NCBI GenBank assembly: GCA_037190965.1
Contig: JBBCKI010000002.1
Location: forward strand, 1 to 64,000
Source: Chthoniobacteraceae bacterium
GTDB taxonomy: Bacteria; Verrucomicrobiota; Verrucomicrobiia; Chthoniobacterales; Chthoniobacteraceae
Direction: 5' to 3'
DNA length: 64,000 bases
The notes under the pieces were generated by a model that searched no databases, was not told where the DNA came from, and worked only from the letters and a program-made list of their open reading frames with translations. This document shows, one piece after another, positions 48,936-59,341 of this stretch. Position numbers and translations under genes: made by a program. Each line of letters opens with the position of its first letter. The stretch's first letter is position 1.

Positions 48936-51335
48936 ATGCCCTCCAAAGCTGATCTCCACCTTCACTCCCGCTACAGCGACCGATCCGCCGACTGGCTAAT
49001 GCGGCGGTTCGACTTTCCCGACAGCTACTCCGACCCCGCCGCGCTCTACAGCACGCTCCGCAAGGCCGGAATGCAATTTGTCACGCTGACCGATCACGAC
49101 CGAATCGACGGTTGCCTGGAGATTGCCGATCAACCGGGCGTTTTCCTGAGCGAGCAGATCTCCGCCCAGTTTCCCGAGGATCGCTGCCGGGTTGATCTGC
49201 TGGCGTGGAACATCACCGAGGCCCAGCATCGGGAGATCCAGTCCGCCAAGGGGAATCTCTACGACCTCCAGCGTTACCTTGCCGAGAATAAGATCGCGCA
49301 CGCCGTCGCGCACCCGCTCTACCGTCTCGATGAGCGGCTGAGCATCGCGCATCTCGAAAAACTAATCCTCCTCTTCAAGCACTTCGAAGGCCTCAACGGT
49401 CTGCGTCACTCCCTCCTGAGCGAGAACGCGCGTTTTCTCTTTTCCCGGTTGGATGCGAAAAAGATCGCGCACCTTTCCGACCTCCACGGCATTGCCCCCA
49501 CTCACGAGCAGCCTTGGATCAAGATTCTCACCGGGGGCTCCGACGACCATGGCGGCTTCTACCCGGGCGCGGCTTATACGGAAACGCCGAAGTGCGCGAC
49601 CGCCGGCGAGTTCCTCAACTTTGTCGCCTGCGGTAAATGCGAGCCGGCGGGCCGGGCGGGAACCTCGCTCGCGCTTTCTCATGGCCTGTACAACACCCTC
49701 TACAGCTTCGCAGGAGAGAAATTCCTTCACGGCGACAAGGGGACCGGGGGATTGCTGCACAAGGTTTTCTCGCGCTTCATGGAGGGGCGCGACCCCACGG
49801 AATTTTCCCTTTCCGACAAAATCGAGATGGTAGCGCAGGGAATCATATCGGGGAAGATCTTCGAATTGGCGAAGCCCGCGCACGCTTCCCTCTGGAAGCA
49901 ACTTTCCGCCGCCCTCTCCGACGCCGATTTCAAACGGCTCATCAACAAGGAGATCGAGGGATTTGAGGAGCCAGAGCGCCGCGCCTTCCGCTTCGCCGCG
50001 CTTTTCGTTAACCAGCTCGGCTTCCGGTTCTTCACCCGGTTTGTCAAACAACTCTCCAGCGGAAACCTCGTGGAAGCGTTGCAAGACATCGGCATCCTTG
50101 CGCCGATTCTCCTGAGCGTCAGCCCCTATGTGTACGCTTTCCGCTCGCAGGCCCCTCCTCGCGAATGGCTCCGCAACACCAGCCTGCGGATCGTCGGGGA
50201 GATTCCCGAGCCGCTGCGGAACCGCAAGCGCGCCTGGTTTACCGACACGCTTGAAGACATCAACGGCGTGGCCACCACCATCCGCAAGATGACCGCTGCG
50301 GGCGTGGCGGCGGGCGAAGACCTGACGGTAGTCACCTCCCGGGCCGATGCCCGCCTCACCGGCATCCCGATCAAAAACTTCACGCCGATCGGCGAGTTCG
50401 AATTGCCCGAGTACGAGCTTCAGAAGCTCTGCTTCCCGCCCATCCTGGAGATCATCGACTACATCGAACGCGAGCGATTCACGGAACTCATCATCAGCAC
50501 CCCCGGCCCTGTCGGCATCACCGCGCTGCTCGCCGCCAAGCTCCTGGGCATTCGCGCGACGGGGATTTATCACACCGACTTCCCCCAATACGTCCGCATC
50601 CTAACCGACGACAGCTTTCTGGAGACGCTGACGTGGAAGTTCATGCACGGCTTCTACTCGCAGCTCGATCTCCTCTACGTCAACTCGGGCGACTACCGCG
50701 ACTGCTGGGTTCAACGCGGCATCGCGCCGGAGAAGATCAAGATCCTCCCCCGGGGACTGGACATCGAACTCTTCCACCCGGCCCGCCGTGACCCGGCATT
50801 CTGGGAACGCCATGGAAACTGGGGGAGCAAACCCGTCCTGCTTTATGTCGGGCGAATCTCCAAGGAGAAAGATCTCGACCTCATCGTCGCCGCCTGCCGC
50901 GCCCTTCCCGACAAGTCGGCTCAGATGGTCTTCGTGGGCGAAGGCCCCTACACCAGGGAATTGCGCACGCTCCTGCCCGAGGCCTGCTTCACAGGAGCTC
51001 TCAGCGGGGTCGAACTCGCGACCGCGTTCGCCTCAGCCGATCTCTTCCTCTTCCCCAGCACCACCGATACCTTCGGCAACGTCGTCCTGGAAGCCCACGC
51101 CTCCGGCCTCCCCACCATCGTCTCCGACGCTGGCGGCCCCAAGGAACTCGTGGCGCACGAAACCAACGGCCTCATCACCCGGAGCCTCGACGCCGCCGAT
51201 TTCACCGCCGCCATCCGTCGCCTGATCGATGATCCCGTCCTGCTGCGAAAAATGGGGCAAAGCGCTCGGCGGAGCGTGGAAGACCGCGACTGGTCCCGGG
51301 CCTTCCGGGCATTCTGGTCGCAGTCGCCCGAGTAA
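48936..51335 (+). CDS. PHP-domain + GT4 glycosyltransferase fusion
   Basis: DLHLHS, TDHD, AHP, GGSDDH; YVGRISKEK, DTFGNVVLEA.ASG. Confidence 0.9.
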   Translation: MPSKADLHLHSRYSDRSADWLMRRFDFPDSYSDPAALYSTLRKAGMQFVTLTDHDRIDGCLEIADQPGVFLSEQISAQFPEDRCRVDLLAWNITEAQHREIQSAKGNLYDLQRYLAENKIAHAVAHPLYRLDERLSIAHLEKLILLFKHFEGLNGLRHSLLSENARFLFSRLDAKKIAHLSDLHGIAPTHEQPWIKILTGGSDDHGGFYPGAAYTETPKCATAGEFLNFVACGKCEPAGRAGTSLALSHGLYNTLYSFAGEKFLHGDKGTGGLLHKVFSRFMEGRDPTEFSLSDKIEMVAQGIISGKIFELAKPAHASLWKQLSAALSDADFKRLINKEIEGFEEPERRAFRFAALFVNQLGFRFFTRFVKQLSSGNLVEALQDIGILAPILLSVSPYVYAFRSQAPPREWLRNTSLRIVGEIPEPLRNRKRAWFTDTLEDINGVATTIRKMTAAGVAAGEDLTVVTSRADARLTGIPIKNFTPIGEFELPEYELQKLCFPPILEIIDYIERERFTELIISTPGPVGITALLAAKLLGIRATGIYHTDFPQYVRILTDDSFLETLTWKFMHGFYSQLDLLYVNSGDYRDCWVQRGIAPEKIKILPRGLDIELFHPARRDPAFWERHGNWGSKPVLLYVGRISKEKDLDLIVAACRALPDKSAQMVFVGEGPYTRELRTLLPEACFTGALSGVELATAFASADLFLFPSTTDTFGNVVLEAHASGLPTIVSDAGGPKELVAHETNGLITRSLDAADFTAAIRRLIDDPVLLRKMGQSARRSVEDRDWSRAFRAFWSQSPE

Positions 51336-51386
51336 GGGGCGGCATTCTGCAATTGCTGACGAGGGACATAAGATTGCCCTTGTTAT

Positions 51387-51423
51387 TCCTACAAACGTAG
51401 GATTCAATGGACTACATTCGTAG
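51387..51423. promoter_or_regulatory. Tandem BlaI/MecI/CopY-type operators
   Basis: TCCTACAAACGTAGGA (51387-51402) and CTACATTCGTAG (51412-51423) resemble TACA-N2-TGTA and lie just before the repressor ATG. Confidence 0.8.
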
Positions 51424-51432
51424 GAACAAACA

Positions 51433-51843
51433 ATGATACCGAAGATATCCCCCGCCGAATGGGAAGTGCTCAACATTGTTTGGGAACGCGCTCCCGTCAC
51501 CGGTCCCGAAGTCTACACGGCCTTGGCGAACGAGAGCCAATGGCATCCGAAAACCGTGAACACCTTTCTCGCTCGTTTGGAGGAAAAAGGCATTTTGGAA
51601 GTTCGCCGCGAGGGACGGGCCAATCTCTATTCTCCCAAGCTATCCCGGCAACAATGTGTGAAGCAGGAGAGCAGTTCTTTCCTTCAGCGAGTCTTCCGAG
51701 GCGCAGCAGCTCCTCTTCTCGCGCATTTTTGCGAGCAGGCCGATCTTTCCGATAAAGATATCTCTGAACTGCAGCGATTGCTCAAAGAGCGTTTGAAGGC
51801 AAAACGGGAGAAGCCGCAAACATCGGAAGGAACAAACCTATGA
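51433..51843 (+). CDS. BlaI/MecI/CopY family repressor
   Basis: ISPAEWEVLNIVW, W..KTV.T.L.RL..KG. Confidence 0.93.
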   Translation: MIPKISPAEWEVLNIVWERAPVTGPEVYTALANESQWHPKTVNTFLARLEEKGILEVRREGRANLYSPKLSRQQCVKQESSSFLQRVFRGAAAPLLAHFCEQADLSDKDISELQRLLKERLKAKREKPQTSEGTNL

Positions 51844-53813
51844 TCTTCCTGGATTCCCTGTTCCTTACGTTCGCCGAGAGCTCCCTTCACGCTTCCGTTG
51901 CTCTCGCCTTGTTTCTCCTTCTTCGTCCGTGGCTGCGGCGGTGGATCGGCAGCCGATGGTTGGCGGTTCTCTGGGTTCTGTTACTTACAAGATTGCTACT
52001 GCCATTCGCGGTATCGTCTCCGTGGGGGGTGCTGCCCGGTTCCCGTCAAGTTTCCGGCCGCGTGGCTGTAGAAACGATGGAAACAACCGTGAGCGTGGGC
52101 GAAAAAAGAACTGCCACCCTTACAGAGAATGCCGGTGCAATGCTTCCGCCTCCAGCCTATGCAAGCACGATAACTGCCCGGCAAGTTCTGACTATTGGCT
52201 GGGTCTTGGGGATAATCTTCGGAGTGGGAAGGCTGGCCATGGGAATCCGAAAGACTCGCCGCCTCGCGGCGGGGACACTCCCGGCCACCGATGCGCGTTT
52301 GCTGGCGGTCTTCCATGCCATAACCCCAGAGTTGAGGGGGAACGTTCGCCTAAGAATGACGGGAGCATCCGATATCCCCGTTCCCACCTTGGCTGGAAGT
52401 TTCCGCCCGCAAATCTGGATTCCCCGGGAATGGCCCGACCGCCTCACGCCCGATGAGATGCGGCATGTCTTACTGCATGAACTGGGTCACGCCCGCCGGC
52501 ACGACCTTTTGACTCAGAATTTGTTCGCGCTCGCGCTTTGCCTGCACTGGTTCAACCCGCTCGTCTGGCTGGCGGCCCGATATGCAAGGCAGGACCGGGA
52601 GATGGCATGCGATGCCTGGGTTCTCGTGCGCATGGACGAAACCGATTTGGAAAGGTACGGGATGACTTTGATAAGGATGTCTCAATGGTTGCACGATTCG
52701 CTACCACCAAGGCCCGGAATGGTCACTATGGCCTCGGGCAAGGAGAACCTTACAATGCGAATCCAAGGCATCAGTAAGTTCTCTCCTGCTTCCGTATGGC
52801 GCGGACTGACAGCTCTTACGACAATGGCAGCCCTCCTGGCATCGCTGACGACAACCACGACGGCAAAAGAAGAAAGGGATGCATCGGTTCCTCAACGGTC
52901 CACGGCAACAGCGACCGGCTCCGGCGAACTCGAAACCGCAGACCCGCAAGTGACCACTGAAATCCTTTGCGTCACCATGACGGAATCCGCAGAGCGCGAC
53001 GTGATTGAAAAGGCCAGCGCCTCCTTGTCAGGCATGGTAATCGATTCCCCCCTTTCCGGATTCGCAGGCGTTCTGATGCCGGAGGATTTCGCAAAAGTTA
53101 AAGAGTCCCTGACAAACTCAGGTGCCGACATGCTGAGTACACCAAAGATTTCGGCGCGTTTGGAGCAAAGCGCCACGATGAAAATCGCTCGCCAGCTTCG
53201 CTATGCCACTGAATTCAAACGGGATGAGAAAGCTCCCTATGAAATCAGCGCCACGGCGTTTGATACTCAAGATGTTGGCCTGTCAGTTACAACGACGAGC
53301 AGCGAAGCCGATGACGGGATAATCCAGCTGCATTTCATCGTAGAGAACGTGGAACTGCTAGGATTCAATCTATTTACTGAACCGGGATCACCCTATATCC
53401 CTGTCAGCGAAAAGAAGCAGAGCCACTTCGAAATGATCGATGCTCCCCTTCCTTATCCGAAGAAACCTTTTCAACCGGTCTTCAATACGCGAAGACTGGA
53501 GTCTACCGTGAGTCTCTGGCCTGGCCAGGTACTCGTGTTTCGACTGAAAAAAAGTCCGCCCCAGGTAAAAACCGGAGAATACAGCCCCGAAGTCTTGTGG
53601 GTGTTTGCAACCGTAACCTATCCGAACGCGGCGGAAGGAGAAAAGTTTGTCCCTACAAAGAAGACTTTAACCGGCGTCGCTAAGGATGGAGATGGGACGG
53701 CATTCATCCTCGACCCTGACGCGCCGGATGCCGGAAAGGTCGACATTACCGGCTTCAAAAAAGGAATGGAAATCAAATCGCCTTTTACGGGAAAGGTCCT
53801 GCCAGTTCCATAG
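51840..53813 (+). CDS. BlaR1-like M56 metallopeptidase with C-terminal secretin-like region
   Basis: HELGH, HWFNPLVW, REMACD. C-terminal LSTPKI..., FDTQDVG, QPVFNTRRLESTVSL. Confidence 0.85.
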   Translation: MIFLDSLFLTFAESSLHASVALALFLLLRPWLRRWIGSRWLAVLWVLLLTRLLLPFAVSSPWGVLPGSRQVSGRVAVETMETTVSVGEKRTATLTENAGAMLPPPAYASTITARQVLTIGWVLGIIFGVGRLAMGIRKTRRLAAGTLPATDARLLAVFHAITPELRGNVRLRMTGASDIPVPTLAGSFRPQIWIPREWPDRLTPDEMRHVLLHELGHARRHDLLTQNLFALALCLHWFNPLVWLAARYARQDREMACDAWVLVRMDETDLERYGMTLIRMSQWLHDSLPPRPGMVTMASGKENLTMRIQGISKFSPASVWRGLTALTTMAALLASLTTTTTAKEERDASVPQRSTATATGSGELETADPQVTTEILCVTMTESAERDVIEKASASLSGMVIDSPLSGFAGVLMPEDFAKVKESLTNSGADMLSTPKISARLEQSATMKIARQLRYATEFKRDEKAPYEISATAFDTQDVGLSVTTTSSEADDGIIQLHFIVENVELLGFNLFTEPGSPYIPVSEKKQSHFEMIDAPLPYPKKPFQPVFNTRRLESTVSLWPGQVLVFRLKKSPPQVKTGEYSPEVLWVFATVTYPNAAEGEKFVPTKKTLTGVAKDGDGTAFILDPDAPDAGKVDITGFKKGMEIKSPFTGKVLPVP

Positions 53814-53838
53814 CCGAACTTTCTCATTCAAAAAACAA

Positions 53839-53866
53839 GCCCGGGGAGGATCGCTCCTCCCCGGGC
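53839..53866 (-). terminator. Intrinsic terminator between convergent genes
   Basis: GCCCGGGGAGGA-tcgc-TCCTCCCCGGGC followed by a T-run on the minus strand. Confidence 0.85.
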
Positions 53867-53887
53867 CCGCCTATACCCCTCCAACAA

Positions 53888-54667
53888 TCAGAAAGGATTG
53901 AGGGTGATTCCCGATGAACCACGAACCCGATGGTTGCGCGGCGTGCGGGAAAGCTGATCGACCTGCCGGGCCCACTCATCGATGGCCCTGCGGTCATGCC
54001 CATAAGGTGAAAAGTCGCGGACGGAGAACAGCGAGGTTTTATCCTGCGCGCGATCGGCAAACTGCATCAAGACCTCTCCGGTCTCGCCGTTGCGCAGTTT
54101 TCCTTCAACCGCGATCTTGCCCCTCGTAAACTGGGAACCGAGGAATCCCGCGCCGGGCACGATCACCTGTGCGCCGGTCTTCACGGCGTTTGCCGCGGCG
54201 TTGCTTGGGTTCAATTCAACGAGAGCCAGCTCCAGCACCAGCGTTTTCGGCCCTCCTTTTTTGGCAAGCCGGTACTTCCCTCCCTTGCTGATTTCCCTCT
54301 CGAAACTCGAGCGCATGTAGTTGGCCATCTCTCCCACGGGACGCGTCTCCTTACCGCCCTTGCGGGCGAAGAGGTCGCTCCGGCTACGGAGGTGATCCAC
54401 ATTCACAGGCGCTACAACGATATTGTTGAAGCCGTTTACCTTGGCCCATGCCTTGGGCGATGGATTTCGCCAGTATTTATTGAAAGGGGCTCGTTTGTGG
54501 TCGGAGGAAAGTTGTTGGGGATGGTCTAGAAATGACGATACGGGGGCGGGGCTCGCTTTGAACAGCCCTGCCTCCGCGGTCGTTCCAGCCGTTATTGAAA
54601 CAGCCGTCAGTACGGCAAGGGCCAGCGCGGGAGCCGCCAGCCGTGATCCGAAGATGATAGATTTCAT
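53888..54667 (-). CDS. Exported protein, DUF3313-like
   Basis: Signal peptide, LELALVEL.P, EGKLRNGETGEVL..F.DR, IDEWA. Confidence 0.7.
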   Translation of the reverse strand: MKSIIFGSRLAAPALALAVLTAVSITAGTTAEAGLFKASPAPVSSFLDHPQQLSSDHKRAPFNKYWRNPSPKAWAKVNGFNNIVVAPVNVDHLRSRSDLFARKGGKETRPVGEMANYMRSSFEREISKGGKYRLAKKGGPKTLVLELALVELNPSNAAANAVKTGAQVIVPGAGFLGSQFTRGKIAVEGKLRNGETGEVLMQFADRAQDKTSLFSVRDFSPYGHDRRAIDEWARQVDQLSRTPRNHRVRGSSGITLNPF

Positions 54668-54750
54668 GATTAATCGCTCTTATCACTCCTTTCGGGGAGC
54701 CCGCCGTGTTTGCGTTTACGGGTTTACCGATTCCGGTGTAAGGTGCCCGC

Positions 54751-57700
54751 TTGCAGCCAGAGCCCGTCATCCCAGTCCCCATCGAGATTCCTTACCCGCC
54801 TGATCTCCCGGTCAGCGCCCGTCGTGAGGAGATCCTCGCTGCGGTGCGTACGCATCAGGTGGTGATCGTCGCGGGCGAGACCGGCTCGGGTAAAACGACG
54901 CAACTCCCGAAGATGTGCCTGGAAGCAGGGCTCGCCGAGCGCGGGCGCATCGGTTGCACCCAACCCCGGCGCGTCGCGGCGATGAGCGTTTCCCGCCGCG
55001 TGGCCGAAGAGCTTGCCCCTCTCGGCTACACCTGGGGCCGGGAGGTCGGCTGCAAGATGCGGTTCAACGACGACACCAGCCGAGAGACGCGAATCAAGTT
55101 CATGACGGACGGCATTCTCCTCGCGGAGATCCAGTCAGACCCACTCCTGCGCGCCTACTCGACACTGATCCTCGACGAGGCCCACGAGCGCTCGCTCAAC
55201 ATCGACTTTCTCCTCGGATACCTGCAGGGGCTGCTCAAGCGCCGGGCCGATCTCAAGGTAATCATCACCTCGGCCACCATCGACACGGAGGCGTTTTCCG
55301 AGGCCTTTGGAGGGATCGAAAGCGCGCCGATCATCGAGGTTTCCGGGCGGCTTTTCCCGGTGGAGATCCGCTACGCACCGATCGCCTCGGACGAAGAAGG
55401 GATCGGCCACGTCGAAGCCGCCGCGCGCGCGGCGGAAGAGGCTCTCATTGAGTCGGACTCCGGCGACGTGCTCGTCTTCATGCCGACGGAGCGTGACATC
55501 CGCGAAACACGCGAGTTGCTGGAGAGCAACCTCGGCCCGAGCATCGACGTGCTGGGGCTCTTTGGCAGGATGCCCGCCGCCGAGCAGCAGCGAATCTTCT
55601 CCCCGGAGGGACGGCGGCGCGTCATCGTCGCCACCAATGTCGCGGAGACTTCGCTCACCATCCCGCGCATCGGCACTGTGATCGACACCGGGCTGGCGCG
55701 CATCAGCCGCTACAACCCGCGTACCCGCACCAAGCGGCTCCCCGTCGAGGCGATCTCGCAAAGCAGCGCCAATCAACGCGCAGGCCGCGCCGGACGCATC
55801 AGCGACGGCCTCTGCATCCGCCTTTACGACGAGGACGATTTCGAGAAACGCCCGCGCTTCACCCAACCGGAGATCCAACGGGCGAACCTCGCCGAGGTGA
55901 TCCTGCGAATGAAGGCGTTCCGGCTCGGCGAGGTCGAAACCTTCCCGTTCCTCAACCCGCCGCTGCCGCAGGCGATCCGGGCGGGATATCAGCTTTTGGA
56001 GGAACTCGGCGCGCTGACGCAGTCAACACCGGGCACCGGGTACGACCTGACGCCGCTGGGGCGCGAACTCGCCCGACTGCCCGTGGACCCTACCCTCGGG
56101 AGGATGCTCCTCCAGGCCCGGGAAGAAGGCGCGCTCCCCGAGATGCTGGTCATCGCGGCAGGGCTGAGCGTTCCTGATCCCCGCGAGCGCCCGGAGGACG
56201 CCAAGGAAGCGGCCAACGCGGCTCACAAGCTCTTCGCGCATCCCGAGTCCGATTTTCTGACGCTTCTCAACCTCTGGAAAGCTGCTCCCGCGCTGGAGGG
56301 AGGAGCAGTCCGCACCAGCCGCAACGCCCTGCGCCGGTTCTGCAAAACCAACTTCCTTTCGCTCACCCGAATGCGGGAATGGCGCGACGTTTACCGGCAA
56401 TTGGAAGAGACGATGCGGGGGACCGGAAAGCGGCGACCGGAGGCCGGAAAGAATTGCGGAAAGAAAGAAGAAGAGGTTTATGCGGCGGTGCATCGCTCGA
56501 TTCTGGCGGGGTTGCTGGGGCAGATCGCGCAGCGGGAGGAACGGAATGCTTATAAGGCTTCCGGGAGTCGCGCGGTGACGCTTTTTCCGGGATCCCATCT
56601 TTATGAGCGACCCGCCAAGCGGCCCAAACCGACGGAAGCGGCGGGGAATCAAGCTGCGAAGGATCCCAAGCCGAAGCAACCGGCGTGGATTGTGGCGGGT
56701 GAAATTGTGCAAACCTCGCAGCTTTTCGCGCGCACGGTGGCGCGGATCGACCCGCAATGGGTGGTCGATCTCGGTTCGCACCTCTGCCGGTTCCGCCACA
56801 CGCATCCCCAATGGAGTCTGCGAGCGGGGCGCGTGCTGGTTTGGGAGCGGGCGCTCATTCATGGGCTGGAGGTTTTCAAGCGGCAGATCGATTTCGGCCG
56901 CGTCGCCCCCGCTGAGGCGACCGAGCTTTTCATCAGGGGCGCGCTGGTTGGCGATGGCGAGACTCCGCTTCCGCGAATTCAGCATCGGTTCTTTACGGAG
57001 AACGCCCGGCTGCGCGAGCGGGTTGCCACCGCTCTTACGAAAGTCCGCAGCAGCCGCGTTCACGATCTCGACGAGACCTTTTACCGCTTCTATGCGGCTC
57101 GGATCGAGCGCGCTTCCAGCATCCACGATCTCGACAAGCTAGTGCGCGCGCGCATCGGCAAGGAACCCGATTTCCTATGCGCCACCGAGGCCGATATTCT
57201 GGAGGAAGGCGCGGCGCTTGGCCACGAAGCCTTCCCGGATCAAGCCCCGCTGGGCAATACCGTCATTCCCCTCACCTACACCTACAACCCCGGCGAGGAA
57301 ACGGATGGCGTGACGCTGCGGGTGCCGCTCCCTCTGGCGGGAAGCCTGACAACAGGGCGCTTACATTGGATGATACCGGGTCTGCGCCAGGAACAGGCTG
57401 GCGCGCTGCTGCGGACATTGCCCAAGGTGCACCGCAAGGCGCTCGCCCCTCTTGAGCCCAAGATCGTCGAGATTGCCCGCGACTTCGACCCCGGCGACCG
57501 CGATCTTTTCGTGGCGCTCTCGCAGTTTGTCGAAAGCCGCTACCGGGTCGCGGTCCCGCCCGGCGACTGGCCGACCCTCCCCGACTACTTGCGCCCCCGG
57601 GTGGAAGTGATCGACCGACGCAACAAAACCGTCGCCACCGGGCGCGATCTTGAGGCGCTCCGCGCTCGCGCCGAAAACCTTGGCACCGAGTCGGGCGCCT

Positions 57701-58710
57701 GGGACCGTGCCGCGCGCCGTTGGGAGAAAACGGGGCTCGCCTCATGGACCTTTGGCAACCTGCCGGAGTCGATCCCCGTGGAGGAGATCGGCGGCGCGCC
57801 GCTGCTTGCCTATCCCGGACTCGTGCTTCGCCCGGGCGGCGAAGTCGATCTGAAGCTCTTCCGAAAACGCGAGGAGGCCGATTCCGCCAGTGTTGCCGGG
57901 GTGCGCCGTCTTGCCGAACGGCTGCTGGAAAGCGATCTGGCACGGTTTACCCGGGAGTTCGACGATGCCCGGAGACTTCCCGCTTCTCCAGCGGGCAAAC
58001 CCGCGTCCACCAACAAGGGCATCACAAGCCTTGGAGATCTGCTGGGCGATCTCGGTCATAAGATCCAAGCGCCAAACGCCCGCGCTCAGGCAAATGCGGC
58101 CCGACCTTCCATGCCCGCCTTCAAGACGGCTCCAGCCAAGACAACGCCTCCCAAGCCGGTCTCCCCACTCTCGAAACTGACGGAAGGCGCGCGCCGTTGC
58201 GCCGCCGAACAACTCCTCACGCTTGCCCCGCCCTCTCCCCTGACGGAGCGACGCTTTCACGACTTATGCGAAAATGCCCGCCGCGAATTCTCTTCGCTGG
58301 CGCGCAAGATCGGCCCGCTGGCCGCACAAATCCTTGGTCTGCGGGAAACCGTGCTCGCCGCACCGAAGCGCCACGCCTCCCTGGAGGAAGATCTCGCGCG
58401 ACTGGTGCCGGAGGATTTTCTCGCTTCCACCCCGTTTACGCAGTTGCCGAATCTTCCGCGCTACCTGCGAGCCGTTCAGTTGCGCGCCGAGCGGGCCTGG
58501 ATCAACCCGGCCAAAGACGCCGAAAAGGCAAAGCAACTCGCCCCGTTTGCAAACTGGCGGACCGACCTCCAGTCGCTATCCCACGAAAAACGCGAAGCGT
58601 TCCGTTGGCTGCTGGAGGAGTTCCGGGTCTCGCTCTTTGCCCAGGAATTAGGCACCGCGCAACCGGTCTCGGCACAGCGGCTGGAGCGTTTCGTGAAAGA
58701 GAGTTCCTGA
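54751..58710 (+). CDS. hrpA: ATP-dependent RNA helicase HrpA
   Basis: GETGSGKTTQLP, DEAH, SAT, QRAGRAGR, C-terminal EEFRVSLFAQEL. Confidence 0.95.
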   Translation: MQPEPVIPVPIEIPYPPDLPVSARREEILAAVRTHQVVIVAGETGSGKTTQLPKMCLEAGLAERGRIGCTQPRRVAAMSVSRRVAEELAPLGYTWGREVGCKMRFNDDTSRETRIKFMTDGILLAEIQSDPLLRAYSTLILDEAHERSLNIDFLLGYLQGLLKRRADLKVIITSATIDTEAFSEAFGGIESAPIIEVSGRLFPVEIRYAPIASDEEGIGHVEAAARAAEEALIESDSGDVLVFMPTERDIRETRELLESNLGPSIDVLGLFGRMPAAEQQRIFSPEGRRRVIVATNVAETSLTIPRIGTVIDTGLARISRYNPRTRTKRLPVEAISQSSANQRAGRAGRISDGLCIRLYDEDDFEKRPRFTQPEIQRANLAEVILRMKAFRLGEVETFPFLNPPLPQAIRAGYQLLEELGALTQSTPGTGYDLTPLGRELARLPVDPTLGRMLLQAREEGALPEMLVIAAGLSVPDPRERPEDAKEAANAAHKLFAHPESDFLTLLNLWKAAPALEGGAVRTSRNALRRFCKTNFLSLTRMREWRDVYRQLEETMRGTGKRRPEAGKNCGKKEEEVYAAVHRSILAGLLGQIAQREERNAYKASGSRAVTLFPGSHLYERPAKRPKPTEAAGNQAAKDPKPKQPAWIVAGEIVQTSQLFARTVARIDPQWVVDLGSHLCRFRHTHPQWSLRAGRVLVWERALIHGLEVFKRQIDFGRVAPAEATELFIRGALVGDGETPLPRIQHRFFTENARLRERVATALTKVRSSRVHDLDETFYRFYAARIERASSIHDLDKLVRARIGKEPDFLCATEADILEEGAALGHEAFPDQAPLGNTVIPLTYTYNPGEETDGVTLRVPLPLAGSLTTGRLHWMIPGLRQEQAGALLRTLPKVHRKALAPLEPKIVEIARDFDPGDRDLFVALSQFVESRYRVAVPPGDWPTLPDYLRPRVEVIDRRNKTVATGRDLEALRARAENLGTESGAWDRAARRWEKTGLASWTFGNLPESIPVEEIGGAPLLAYPGLVLRPGGEVDLKLFRKREEADSASVAGVRRLAERLLESDLARFTREFDDARRLPASPAGKPASTNKGITSLGDLLGDLGHKIQAPNARAQANAARPSMPAFKTAPAKTTPPKPVSPLSKLTEGARRCAAEQLLTLAPPSPLTERRFHDLCENARREFSSLARKIGPLAAQILGLRETVLAAPKRHASLEEDLARLVPEDFLASTPFTQLPNLPRYLRAVQLRAERAWINPAKDAEKAKQLAPFANWRTDLQSLSHEKREAFRWLLEEFRVSLFAQELGTAQPVSAQRLERFVKESS

Positions 58711-58771
58711 AGAAAACAAGGTACCCTCCAATACGACTGGAGGCGGCCCTGAACCGTATGAATCGGCCTGC

Positions 58772-59149
58772 TCAGGAAAGGAACGTCCGGCGACGACGCC
58801 AATAGTTCATTCCCACAAGGAGCCCGGTGCCCGCCGCCAGCACGGCTGCGACGGAAGGTTCGGGAATTTCGATCGTGGCGCGATCCTCCTTTTTATCTTC
58901 TTTCGCCGCCGAAGGAGAAGAAGCCGGACTTGTGACGGCCAGATTGAGGCCCTTCGTTGTCGCGCTCTTCAAATCTGTCAGAGCGGAATCGGAAGTTCCG
59001 CCATCGATTGCCTGAGGCTTATGAAACTCGCTCAGAACTTGTGGCTGATCTGCAGCTCTGATGCTGCCACCGTGGAGCCCCAAGAAAATAATAGAGGCTG
59101 CTACAAACCGAAGTCCGCAGAAGCGGACCGACTGGCACGAAATTTGCAT
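58772..59149 (-). CDS. Small PEP-CTERM protein
   Basis: Signal peptide and IPEPS-TM-WRRRR tail. Confidence 0.75.
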   Translation of the reverse strand: MQISCQSVRFCGLRFVAASIIFLGLHGGSIRAADQPQVLSEFHKPQAIDGGTSDSALTDLKSATTKGLNLAVTSPASSPSAAKEDKKEDRATIEIPEPSVAAVLAAGTGLLVGMNYWRRRRTFLS

Positions 59150-59341
59150 TCTCAGAAAAGAGGGAAACCAACCCAATTTCTAACCTTAACACCCCCTCTA
59201 CTCAAGACATATTTTCGTACATTTGCGACCAACCCTCGATAATCATCTAGCAATTCTGCGAAAAACATACCAACGCGCGACGGAGGGCTCTACAAAAAAT
59301 AACACCCCATACCCGACGGTATATCGGTGAAATCGAGACAC

